A stretch of DNA of 64,000 nt from contig CAIUQE010000001.1 in NCBI GenBank assembly GCA_903901225.1, positions 2,563-66,562 on the forward strand, given 5' to 3'. The notes under the pieces were generated by a model that did no database searches, was not told the origin of the DNA, and saw nothing but the letters and a program-made list of their open reading frames with translations. This stretch comes from Candidatus Omnitrophota bacterium. GTDB taxonomy: Bacteria; Omnitrophota; Gorgyraeia; Zapsychrales; Fredricksoniimonadaceae. Position numbers and translations under genes: made by a program. This document shows positions 29,443 through 38,185 of the stretch, piece after piece (position 1 is the stretch's first letter; the number at the start of each line of letters is the position of its first letter).

Positions 29443-30491
29443 TTGACCGTTTCACGGTATTTTTCCCACTGCCCGACATCCAGCCAGGCCTTTTCACTGA
29501 CAGGATAAACCCCGACCCTGCCATTATTATTTTTGACCAGCTTGATCAGGTCGGTGAAATCCAATGAGGCCCCCTTGGGTATCATCTTAAGCACGGACCT
29601 CTCCAGGATATACATCCCTGTATTCACCAACAGGTCATATTCCGGCTTCTCATCGATATCATTGAGCCTGCCATTGCCGTCTATTTTCAGGACACCGTAC
29701 GGGATCTTGAAATGATTCATGGAACCCACAACCGTTATGTCACACTTATTTTTTTTATGAAAACCATAAATATCCTGATAATCAGCTTTAATGATAATGT
29801 CGCAATTTGAAACAAAAAATGTCTTTGGCATGTCCTTATGGATCAGTTTGAGCCCGCCGGCAGTTCCCAGCGCTTCTTTCTCATGGACATACCCGATCTT
29901 GTAAGGCAGCGAAATATTGTCAAAATACGACCTTATCATTTCACTTTTATAACCAAGGACAAGATGGAATGTGCGGCATCCACTGGCATAAAAATTATCC
30001 ATGATGATCTCAACGACGGGCTTTTCACCGATGGGCAAAAGCGGTTTTGGCAAAATGCGGGTGAACGGATCCAGGCGGGCGCCCTTGCCTCCGGCCATGA
30101 TCACAACAGGCAGGTCGATCTTGGGCATCTCCATCCTCTGTCCGTGCCCGAAGATGACCTCCCAAAGGTGAACATCGACCAACCGACGAGCCCCGTCAAC
30201 AACGGGAATAGACTCAAGTTTCTGATCGATCATCATCTCCTTGATGGCATCGATCAGACAGGTGTCGCTCACAAAAACAGGTTTCTTGTTATAAACCTTA
30301 TCGATACTGTCTTTAAGGCTCTTGTCCGCGAGTATCCATTTACGGATATCACCATCCGTAAGAGCCCCCAGCAGCTTACGGTCATCATCAACAACAAATA
30401 ATATTTTCTCGGCGCCCTCCCCCATTTGCTTCATGGCATCACGGATGGACACGCCTTTTTTTATCAACAGCTTTTTGATGTTCTCTTTCAC
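29427..30491 (-). CDS. CBS-domain sugar-1-phosphate nucleotidyltransferase (PtmE-like)
   Basis: LTDGDIR CBS pair, MAGGKGARL.P.T..LPKPL, LGTAGGL, WLDVG. Likely GTG start at 30491. Confidence 0.88.
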   Translation of the reverse strand: MKENIKKLLIKKGVSIRDAMKQMGEGAEKILFVVDDDRKLLGALTDGDIRKWILADKSLKDSIDKVYNKKPVFVSDTCLIDAIKEMMIDQKLESIPVVDGARRLVDVHLWEVIFGHGQRMEMPKIDLPVVIMAGGKGARLDPFTRILPKPLLPIGEKPVVEIIMDNFYASGCRTFHLVLGYKSEMIRSYFDNISLPYKIGYVHEKEALGTAGGLKLIHKDMPKTFFVSNCDIIIKADYQDIYGFHKKNKCDITVVGSMNHFKIPYGVLKIDGNGRLNDIDEKPEYDLLVNTGMYILERSVLKMIPKGASLDFTDLIKLVKNNNGRVGVYPVSEKAWLDVGQWEKYRETVKCLGM

Positions 30492-32170
30492 GTGAGGTCT
30501 CCCCAAAAGATAACTTCGTCCTCTTTCTTGTCCCGGGACAACACGCGCCCCAAAGCCTTCGCCGCTTCCGCGGGCTGGATCCCGTTCCCGGGCCGTTTGA
30601 TAGAAAACATGTCTTCCCGCAAACGCGCCCCTTTCTTAAGGTCCCTGGCCGCCACAAGGCTTTTCCTGGCGACCTTCATGATGGCGATCTCGCTCCTGAC
30701 AGGAACTTTCTCCGGGATACCTAAACTGGTTTCGACATGGCGGATACCCTCGACCAGGCGCGCCAGCTCATCCGGCTCGACCGACGCTTTATGGTCAGGG
30801 CCCGGCATATTCCTGTCCAGGGTAAAATGTTTTTCAATGACACAGCACTCAAGTGCCGCCGCGGCAATGGCAATATCTGTCCCTGTCGTATGGTCCGAAT
30901 ACCCGACGGGCAACCCCGTCCTGGCGCGCAAAGATCGGATCACCCGTAAGTTCACTTCATCGAACGGACAGGGATAATTTGTTGTGCAATGCAGCAGGGT
31001 CAACGGCGGATACGGTGCCTTGCCCGTCACCCGCTGGGTACTGCCGATCACCTCAACAGCCTGCTCCACTTCCGCCAACGTCGACATCCCTGTGGAAAGG
31101 ATGATCGGCTTGTTCCGGGAAGCCACATGCCTGAGAAAAGGGATATCCGTGATATTGCCCGATGATATCTTGTACAATGGAACAAGGCCATCCAGAAGAT
31201 CAACGCTTTCCATATCAAATGGCGTCGAAAGGAAAATGATCTTTTTCCCGTCGCAATATTTCTTGAGCTCCATAAAATCCCGCCCTGACAGTTCAAGCTT
31301 TTTCAGCATTTCTAGCTGGCTTTCCTTCCGTCCGGGCATATTCTTTTTTTGATAAGAAGCTTTTTCGGCCATATTGGAAACGAGCTTCTCTGCCTTGAAT
31401 GTCTGGAACTTGACCGCGTCCACGCGTGCCGCCACAGCCGCGTCGATCAGCTTTTTTGCTGTTTCAAGGCTGCCGTTATGGTTCACCCCCGCCTCGGCGA
31501 TAATGAACACCCTGCTCTTTTTTGATAAAGGAACCCTGACACGGCAGGGATTTCCAAAAGCCTTACGGCCTGAGGGAATATCATCCGTCACAACACTCCC
31601 GGAACCGATAAGGCAGTCTTTGCCTATTTTCTTATACTGATTGACCACCGACCTCGCGCCGATATGGGTGCCCTCTCCGACAACAACCCCGCCGCTGAGC
31701 ACAGCCCCGGGCGCGATGTGCGCAAAATCGCCAATGGCACAATCGTGATCGACGGATGCTGAAGTATTAATGATGACATTCCGGCCTGTGACGACGCCGG
31801 GATTAATGGTGGCCGACGGGGCCACGAAGGTCCCATCACCCAGGACAACACCCGCCGCTACGGTAGCACCGGGATGGACCACCGCGGGCAGATGAAACCC
31901 GATCTTCCTGATCTTCGCATCGATCGCCCTGCGGGCGTCACAATGGCCGACAGAACCTACGCCGATAAAAGCGTAACGGACACCTTTCTTGTACACTTTG
32001 GCAAGTTCATCATCTGCGCCCAAAACATTGATACCGGCGACGTTGCTCCCGGCCTTCAGGGCATTATCAACGATCCCCGCGATATCGAACGCCGTGGCGC
32101 ACCGGATGGCATCGATCACCACCCTGGCATGCCCGCCACCGCCTATAAGCACGATCTTCTCTTTACGCAT
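30488..32170 (-). CDS. neuB: Fused NeuD/PglD-type acetyltransferase and NeuB (legionaminate synthase-like)
   Basis: N-terminal GGGGHARVVID plus hexapeptide repeats ending GNPC, then in frame IIAEAGVNHNG, VKFQTF, LHCTTNYP, GYSDHT, GPDHKAS and a SAF domain. Confidence 0.92.
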   Translation of the reverse strand: MRKEKIVLIGGGGHARVVIDAIRCATAFDIAGIVDNALKAGSNVAGINVLGADDELAKVYKKGVRYAFIGVGSVGHCDARRAIDAKIRKIGFHLPAVVHPGATVAAGVVLGDGTFVAPSATINPGVVTGRNVIINTSASVDHDCAIGDFAHIAPGAVLSGGVVVGEGTHIGARSVVNQYKKIGKDCLIGSGSVVTDDIPSGRKAFGNPCRVRVPLSKKSRVFIIAEAGVNHNGSLETAKKLIDAAVAARVDAVKFQTFKAEKLVSNMAEKASYQKKNMPGRKESQLEMLKKLELSGRDFMELKKYCDGKKIIFLSTPFDMESVDLLDGLVPLYKISSGNITDIPFLRHVASRNKPIILSTGMSTLAEVEQAVEVIGSTQRVTGKAPYPPLTLLHCTTNYPCPFDEVNLRVIRSLRARTGLPVGYSDHTTGTDIAIAAAALECCVIEKHFTLDRNMPGPDHKASVEPDELARLVEGIRHVETSLGIPEKVPVRSEIAIMKVARKSLVAARDLKKGARLREDMFSIKRPGNGIQPAEAAKALGRVLSRDKKEDEVIFWGDLT

Positions 32171-33323
32171 CGAAGAATTCCTTCTTCAAGAAATCCGCGC
32201 CGATCCGGATGTGCTTCAACTTTTCCTTGATCTTCATGGACGCTCCGCCGCAACCGTATGGATTCTTCATCCCCCGCAACGACTTTCTGAACGCGCCGCT
32301 CAAACCACGCTGAATGGCTTTCGTTATGTCAGCCGCCGCACTGCCGCAATCAATAACATTCCGCGCCTTCACCCGCCCCCGCTGGCGATCGCCGATATTG
32401 ACGACCGGCAATTTAAACGATGGCGCTTCCACAATACCGCTCGAAGAATTACCGATCATGATGTCGGCGCGTTTCAATAAAGAAAGATATCTTATGTGCC
32501 CCAGGGATGTGAACGCCCTGGCACGCCCGCTATTTTTTTTAACATAGCTTTTAATCTTGTTCACAATAACACTGTGCCCGGTGTCCGCGTTAGGCATCGT
32601 AAAAACAATATCTCCATCAAACTTATCCAAAGCCAAAAACACACTCTCCATTTGCTTGCCGGCGGTGTTATGCTCCAGCGTAACAGGATGGTACGTAACA
32701 GTGGCCAGCGGCCGGTCGCCGGAAATTCCGAGAACCCGCGCTAATTCTCCTTTTGATAGAAATTTAAGATGCTTCATGTTATCCATCCCGGGCGCTCCGT
32801 ACATGAATACCCGCTCCGGCGATTCCCCCATCCTGATGATCCTTTGGGCATACAGCTTTGTCGCCGGAAAATGAATGCCGGCCATTTTAGTAATGGCATG
32901 CCGGAAAGCCTCGTCGAGGGCGCCACCCGTTACCTCACCGCCGTGGATATGCGCCAGGGGGATGCGCGCAACATAAGCGGCGACAGCCGCCGCGAAGATC
33001 TCATACCGGTCTCCCAGAACAACGACGACATCCGGCTTAAGTCTTTTATAAACACCACTGAACCCGTCAATGCCGCGGCTGATCGCCCGTGTCATCGGCA
33101 TTTCCTTGCCTGCCGGGGAAAGAACATCCACTTTACCGCTGACCACAAAACCGTCTTGCCTGATCACATCGACAGTAGATCCGAAAGCGGAAGAAAGATG
33201 CGATCCTGTCACGACCACTTGCAGGGCCATCCCCGGATCATCCTTGACGGCCTTTAAAAGCCAGTAAAGATGCCCGTATTCGGCGCGCGATCCCGTCACA
33301 ATGCATATCTTTCGCTGGGGCAT
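32163..33323 (-). CDS. neuC: NDP-GlcNAc/bacillosamine 2-epimerase, hydrolysing (NeuC/LegG)
   Basis: VTGSRAEYG, LGDRYE, HIHGGE, DEAFRHAITK, TYHPVT, GNSSSGIVEA, NIGDRQ.GR. Confidence 0.93.
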   Translation of the reverse strand: MPQRKICIVTGSRAEYGHLYWLLKAVKDDPGMALQVVVTGSHLSSAFGSTVDVIRQDGFVVSGKVDVLSPAGKEMPMTRAISRGIDGFSGVYKRLKPDVVVVLGDRYEIFAAAVAAYVARIPLAHIHGGEVTGGALDEAFRHAITKMAGIHFPATKLYAQRIIRMGESPERVFMYGAPGMDNMKHLKFLSKGELARVLGISGDRPLATVTYHPVTLEHNTAGKQMESVFLALDKFDGDIVFTMPNADTGHSVIVNKIKSYVKKNSGRARAFTSLGHIRYLSLLKRADIMIGNSSSGIVEAPSFKLPVVNIGDRQRGRVKARNVIDCGSAAADITKAIQRGLSGAFRKSLRGMKNPYGCGGASMKIKEKLKHIRIGADFLKKEFFDA

Positions 33324-33324
33324 G

Positions 33325-34437
33325 CTAAGAAGACCCCTTTTTCATAAGTCCTTCAATAGCATCACAGACTTCTTCAATGATCTTTTCCGTATTCAATGTC
33401 GAACTTGGAAGGCAAAGCCCCCGGTCATACAAGCGGTTGGCGTTGTCACAGCTTCCCCTCTGGAACGTGCCAGCGTACTGGAATGTCTGCATGGGCTTAA
33501 AGATCCTGCGTGAAGGAATACCCATTTTCTTCAAACCTTCATGCACCCTGATAACTTCAGCATTATCCTTGAATATGACCGCCGTAAACCACCAGGACGG
33601 ATCCGCGCCGGGATAAATCTCCTGCATGCCGCATATGCCGCGCGCCCGGAGTTTTGCCTCATAGATACGATGAAAAGATTTCTTAAGCTCGATGAACCCG
33701 TTAAGGCGGCTGAGCTGTGCCAGTCCCAGCGCCGCGTTCAAATTCGGCATGCGGTAATTGAACCCGACTTCCTGAAACCCTTCCTGGCCTTCACGCGGAT
33801 TAGCCTGATTGACCAGATAAACAGCCCTATCCAAAACCGTGGATGAACGCGCTACCATCATCCCGCCACCGCCAGTGGTCATCAATTTGTTCCCGTTAAA
33901 ACTGAAACAGCCGATATCGCCGAACATGCCAAGATGCCGGCCTGACAGAAAAGCGCTCAAGGACTCCGTCGCGTCCTCAACAACGAAAATACCTGCGGCG
34001 GCGGCAATGGCCGTAATATGTTCCATATCGCTGGCATTCCCGTAAAGATGCACCGGTATGACAGCCCTGGTCCGTGGCGTGATCGCCGCCTTGAACGCGG
34101 CAGGACAAAGGCACCATGTTTTCGGATCAATGTCAACAATAACGGGCGTAGCCCGGACATACATCACCGCGTGCAGCGTGGCGGCAAACGTCGTCGCAGG
34201 AACAATAACCTCATCACCCTCTCCGACTCCCAGGATGTGCAGGGCCATATGGAGCGCCGCCGTGCCGCTTTGAACCGCGACCGCGCGCGGAGCGCCGACA
34301 ACCCCCGCGAAGGCCTTCTCAAATTCCCCGACCAAAGGGCCGAACGTCGACACATAGCCGCTGTCGATCGCCGCGCAGACCTTTTCTTTTTCAACCGGCC
34401 CGATATCCGGGGCATCCAGGTGTATGGTCTTTGTCAT
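33325..34437 (-). CDS. legC: DegT/LegC-family sugar aminotransferase
   Basis: GYVST.G, SGTAALH, EDATESL, SFNGNKLMTTGGGG, GFNYRMPNLNAALG.AQ, LCLPSS. Likely start MTKTIHL at 34437. Confidence 0.85.
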   Translation of the reverse strand: MTKTIHLDAPDIGPVEKEKVCAAIDSGYVSTFGPLVGEFEKAFAGVVGAPRAVAVQSGTAALHMALHILGVGEGDEVIVPATTFAATLHAVMYVRATPVIVDIDPKTWCLCPAAFKAAITPRTRAVIPVHLYGNASDMEHITAIAAAAGIFVVEDATESLSAFLSGRHLGMFGDIGCFSFNGNKLMTTGGGGMMVARSSTVLDRAVYLVNQANPREGQEGFQEVGFNYRMPNLNAALGLAQLSRLNGFIELKKSFHRIYEAKLRARGICGMQEIYPGADPSWWFTAVIFKDNAEVIRVHEGLKKMGIPSRRIFKPMQTFQYAGTFQRGSCDNANRLYDRGLCLPSSTLNTEKIIEEVCDAIEGLMKKGSS

Positions 34438-34438
34438 A

Positions 34439-35431
34439 TCAGATATTCTTATACTGCCGCGCGTCAGCGTCGGCAAAAACGCCCTCTTCGATCGACGCCT
34501 TGACCTCCCTGATCCCGTCAGGGACGCGTTTGGAAATACGAAAACCCAGGACTTCGCGTATTTTCTTGAACGCAACACGATAGTCGCGGGGGTCCTGGGA
34601 CCTTTGCACATACTTGACCTTCAAGGCAGGAATGAACTTGCGGATCTCGTCCACGAGCATTTGTTTCTGGTAATTCTCGTCGGTGTCGCCGACATTGAAG
34701 ACATTATACGCGACCTTGGCGGCATCCGCCTCGATCGACAGGATGATCGCCTGGGCAAAATCATACACATGGCAGTACGGGCGCCAGAACTGCTCGCCAA
34801 ACACTTCCAATTCGCGGCCAAGGGTGAACTCGCGGGTGAATTCATTGACCGTCAGGTCAAAGCGCATGCGCGGCGATATGCCATAAACCGTCGAAAAACG
34901 CAGGATGACCGGACTGAAACCGGCAGGACGGTCCTTGTCATTCAAAATATGCTGTTCAAATGCCACCTTGGTCTCGGCGTAAAGTGAAACCGGAGATAAC
35001 GCTGAATTTTCATCAACATAGCCGGCGCCATCTTCCATTTTGCCGTAATTGCTGCACGTCGATGAAAAAATAAATTTCTTACAGCCCGCCTTCTTTGCCC
35101 TCGCGTACAGATCACGCGCACCCTCCCCGTTCACTTTACGCGCCAGGTCAGGCTGTTTGGCGCAGGCAGGATCTCCCACAATAGCCGCCAAATGCACAAT
35201 AGCCTCAGGTTTAAAATCAGCAAGAACCCGGTCAATATCTCCGGCAACGGTCACATCGCCTTTGGTGAATGAGAACAGGCTGTCGTGCCAGTGGGCCAGC
35301 AGGCTCTCCCCGCCGAAACTCAAATTATCAAAAACCCGCACCCTATAGCCGGCTTTTAATAAAGCTCCCACAAGGACCGATCCGATATATCCCGCGCCAC
35401 CCGTGACCAAAATTGATTTCTTGTTTGACAT
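34439..35431 (-). CDS. NAD-dependent epimerase/dehydratase (extended SDR)
   Basis: TGGAGYIGS, HLAAIVGDPAC, STCSNYG, YAETK, RMRFDLTVN, WRPYCHV, DPRDY. Confidence 0.88.
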   Translation of the reverse strand: MSNKKSILVTGGAGYIGSVLVGALLKAGYRVRVFDNLSFGGESLLAHWHDSLFSFTKGDVTVAGDIDRVLADFKPEAIVHLAAIVGDPACAKQPDLARKVNGEGARDLYARAKKAGCKKFIFSSTCSNYGKMEDGAGYVDENSALSPVSLYAETKVAFEQHILNDKDRPAGFSPVILRFSTVYGISPRMRFDLTVNEFTREFTLGRELEVFGEQFWRPYCHVYDFAQAIILSIEADAAKVAYNVFNVGDTDENYQKQMLVDEIRKFIPALKVKYVQRSQDPRDYRVAFKKIREVLGFRISKRVPDGIREVKASIEEGVFADADARQYKNI

Positions 35432-35501
35432 AAATAGCTCCCCGCGATGTCCCATTAAACAAATCTTTTTCAAAACCCTTCAACAGTGCCTCCGAACCCC
35501 A

Positions 35502-36233
35502 TTATTTCCTTATCGTCCAAAAATCCGCCGCCAGTGTCTCCAAATACGCAAACGGCATCGTAAAGTACCCTTTCATCCCCCATGCTTCGCCCCAGGAATT
35601 ACGCACCAGGAAACGCTTGTCTTTCTGGTCATACCCGACCGCCAGCACCGCGTGCCCACCGAGCATCCGCTCGGTCTTCTTCGGCATCGGGACTTTGCCG
35701 GTCTTGGCCACCTGCGGGGCCTGAAGGCTTTCATAGACCGAAAATCCAAACACGAACGGGAAACCTTCGGACAAACACGACAGCATATCCGCCAGCGTCA
35801 CGATCCTGTGATATGAAACGATCCGGTGTTTCAGACCTTCCTGATAACAGCGCGCGAGGGGCTTGGCCGCGAACTTTTCGATCGCATACGGCCAGGCCTT
35901 CTCCGAACAAACGCCGTTGGCCGCCAATGTTTTGATCCCGTTACGCAACGAGGCCCCCGAATCCGCCGCCACACTGCCCTGAAGCACCCGTTCATTATAA
36001 TAAATGAAAAGCCGGCTGGCATCGGTATAAGCCCCGTCCGCCTCTTTGTCCAGGAATTCAATATTCCCGGCCAACGCGTTGGCCGTGCAGCTGCCCAACT
36101 GGCCCTGGTCTTCGACGGCGGAACAATGGGCGCGAAGGTCAACCGCCACCGGCACCCGCACTTTTGGCCTGATGGCACTGTAATAAAAGTCCCTGCTGTC
36201 CGGTATATCCGGGATCCAACCATATTTCTTCAT
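35502..36233 (-). CDS. Papain-family (C1A) cysteine peptidase, xylellain-like
   Basis: YGWIPD, DQGQLGSC (catalytic Cys), SRLFIYYNER, GGHAV (His), RNSWG (Asn), GYF.MP. Confidence 0.92.
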   Translation of the reverse strand: MKKYGWIPDIPDSRDFYYSAIRPKVRVPVAVDLRAHCSAVEDQGQLGSCTANALAGNIEFLDKEADGAYTDASRLFIYYNERVLQGSVAADSGASLRNGIKTLAANGVCSEKAWPYAIEKFAAKPLARCYQEGLKHRIVSYHRIVTLADMLSCLSEGFPFVFGFSVYESLQAPQVAKTGKVPMPKKTERMLGGHAVLAVGYDQKDKRFLVRNSWGEAWGMKGYFTMPFAYLETLAADFWTIRK

Positions 36234-36269
36234 GCCACACTCCCTTCTGCAAGCATCCTGCCATCACCA
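36187..36269. repeat. Degenerate direct repeat, copy B (yhcG 3' end plus peptidase 5' start)
   Basis: Aligns by hand with 37481-37563 at about 65/83 nt, with an identical core TTCATGCCACACTCCCTT. Confidence 0.85.
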
Positions 36270-37276
36270 CCAACATTCCCCTTGGCTCTGTCTGCCTCAA
36301 GTTCGTAAAACTCATTGAGTTTCTGCTGTAATATCTCCTTCCGGGGCAAACATGTCTTGTACTCGGCCACCAGCGCGGGAGAAAGCGTACGGCTTAACGC
36401 GTATTCGACAACTTCGGAATCTTTAGACTTGCACAAAAGAATACCAATGCTCGGTTTTTCATGCGCTTTGCGAACATCACGATCCAGGGCTTCGAGATAG
36501 AATGAAAGCTGGCCCATATATCCTGGTTTAAAGTCATCGATCTTCAATTCAAATGCCACCAGGCACGAAAGCCCGCGATGAAAAAACAATAGGTCCACAA
36601 AGAAATCTTGTCCGCCTACTTGAAGTCGATACTCCTCACCTGCAAAACAAAAATCACGGCCTAATTCCATAAGAAATTTCTTCAAATTTGAAACAAGCCC
36701 GTTCTTCAGGTCTTTTTCAGAATGATTATCAGGTAAATTCAGGAAATCCAACAAATAAATATCCTTAAACTCTTCCTGAGCATCAGGGAATAAAAATGCG
36801 GCCGGTGGTGATACTTTTGCCGGAAGAAGCACTTTACGTTCAAACAAACACCCATCGATCTGTCGTTCCAGTTCCCTCTTGGACAAACGATCCTTGATCG
36901 CCAGACGTATATAAAATTCCCGTTCTTCTGACAGTTTACATTTATTCAAAACGATCAAATGATGCGCCCAGGGTAATTGTCTCACCAACGGTGAGACTTT
37001 TGCATCATGCCGGTAAGCCTCATATAACTGCCTCATCCTGAACAGGTTGGGACGGGTAAATCCTTTTAAATCAGGGTGATCCTTCGCAATATGATGCGCA
37101 AGATTGTCAATAACCCCTTCCCCCCAGGAGGCAGATTCAACCTTTTGGCTTATATATTGCCCCACCTGCCAGTATAAATCTATCAATACAGTATTGACCG
37201 CTTGGTACGCTTTATGGCGAGCCCCGCGGATCAAATTCACCACTTCACTGAAAGACTGTTCAAGAACTTCGCTCAC
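36230..37276 (-). CDS. yhcG: YhcG/DUF1016 PD-(D/E)XK nuclease family protein
   Basis: LYWQVG.YI, WG..VI..LA, GF...NL.RMRQ, L.W.HH, FKD.Y.LDFL, FL.ELG..F, DLLFFHR.L.CLVA.ELK, GQL.FY. Confidence 0.92.
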   Translation of the reverse strand: MSEVLEQSFSEVVNLIRGARHKAYQAVNTVLIDLYWQVGQYISQKVESASWGEGVIDNLAHHIAKDHPDLKGFTRPNLFRMRQLYEAYRHDAKVSPLVRQLPWAHHLIVLNKCKLSEEREFYIRLAIKDRLSKRELERQIDGCLFERKVLLPAKVSPPAAFLFPDAQEEFKDIYLLDFLNLPDNHSEKDLKNGLVSNLKKFLMELGRDFCFAGEEYRLQVGGQDFFVDLLFFHRGLSCLVAFELKIDDFKPGYMGQLSFYLEALDRDVRKAHEKPSIGILLCKSKDSEVVEYALSRTLSPALVAEYKTCLPRKEILQQKLNEFYELEADRAKGNVGGDGRMLAEGSVA

Positions 37277-37462
37277 TCAAAGGCTCCGATTTCCTTATAG
37301 TCTAAGAAGCTGTGGTTCCAACGCAATTATCGTGACAGTGTCGCGACAATCTCTTGTCCATACTCCGCGCGCCGCCTCGATGAGCGAACGAACGTCATTA
37401 AGCACCTTGGTATCTAGGGTTACAACCGCAACTGTCTTCTTTACAGACTTTGCCTTTACCAT
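37273..37462 (-). pseudogene. Remnant of a second DUF1016/YhcG N-terminus
   Basis: MVKAK...VLNDVRSLIEAAR, then in another frame AEYGQEIVATLSR*LRWNH. These match YhcG N-terminal motifs with deletions and an in-frame stop. Confidence 0.65.
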
Positions 37463-37480
37463 AACTGACTCACCATCCAG

Positions 37481-37563
37481 AAATCCACGCCGTCCGATAT
37501 GTCCGCGACCAATCCATATTTTTTCATGCCACACTCCCTTGTGCCAACAACCTGTCTTCTCCA
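37481..37563. repeat. Degenerate direct repeat, copy A (marR 3' end plus decayed peptidase start)
   Basis: Encodes ...RLLAQGSVA* overlapping MKKYGLVADISDGVDF, against ...RMLAEGSVA* / MKKYGWIPDIPDSRDF in copy B. Confidence 0.85.
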
Positions 37564-38102
37564 AGACTTTGTGTCAGAAAGGCTTCATCCCTGGCAAGTT
37601 CATCGATCACCTGCACAGCGCGAACACCTTCAGGCACGATCACCCCTTCACGGCATATCAGGATGATCCCGTCGACCGGAATATCCCGCACTTCTTCGAT
37701 GTGCCATAATTCATGCTGGCCGAAAAATTCTTCCATCAAAACCATCTCGATAAGGCCCGCCAGGTCCGAAGCCCCCAGCACATAAAATTTGCGCACACCC
37801 GTAACATGCAGCCGTGCGAGCAACCCTTCAATATTCTTTTTAACTAACCCGATGGAGTTCAACGTCTTAAGCGTGTATTTGACGGATTTTTGCATCTTTT
37901 CAGCAAAACCCTTGGGCGTCAACAGGTATTCAACCTTCTTTTTATTGAGCTGTTTGATGCGGATATGGCCTTTGGTCAAAAGCCGGTGGATGAGCATGTT
38001 GGTCATGCCCAGCGAAAGGTTCATCTGGCGGGAAATTTCGCGCTGGCTGGCGCCCAATTCCCCGCCGATGATATTGATCAATTCAAATTCCCGTTCATCC
38101 AT
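37524..38102 (-). CDS. EPS-associated MarR-family winged-helix transcriptional regulator
   Basis: SQREIS..MNLSLG.TN..I..L..KG.I, YLLTPKGFAEK; located upstream of the glycan locus. Confidence 0.88.
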   Translation of the reverse strand: MDEREFELINIIGGELGASQREISRQMNLSLGMTNMLIHRLLTKGHIRIKQLNKKKVEYLLTPKGFAEKMQKSVKYTLKTLNSIGLVKKNIEGLLARLHVTGVRKFYVLGASDLAGLIEMVLMEEFFGQHELWHIEEVRDIPVDGIILICREGVIVPEGVRAVQVIDELARDEAFLTQSLGEDRLLAQGSVA

Positions 38103-38125
38103 GATAAAGGCCCAATTTCCTCAAC

Positions 38126-38142
38126 TGTTCAAATAATGAACA
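38126..38142. promoter_or_regulatory. Palindromic operator TGTTCA-N5-TGAACA, likely MarR binding site
   Basis: Perfect 6-bp inverted repeat directly downstream of the -10 element, covering the predicted transcription start. Confidence 0.7.
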
Positions 38143-38170
38143 ATTATAACAAATCAAAGCCTTTTGTCAA
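38143..38170 (-). promoter_or_regulatory. Sigma70-type promoter for marR and the glycan operon
   Basis: Minus strand TTGACA-N16-TATAAT with an extended -10 TGn. Confidence 0.8.
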
Positions 38171-38185
38171 AAAGTATTGTGCCAA

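Noticed and set aside
36187-37563. IS element or integron cassette
   Set aside because: No transposase, terminal inverted repeats or recognisable attC structure; only a degenerate direct repeat.
37295-37564. 89-aa minus-strand ORF as a real gene
   Set aside because: It is a chimera of the repeat copy and an out-of-frame yhcG relic.
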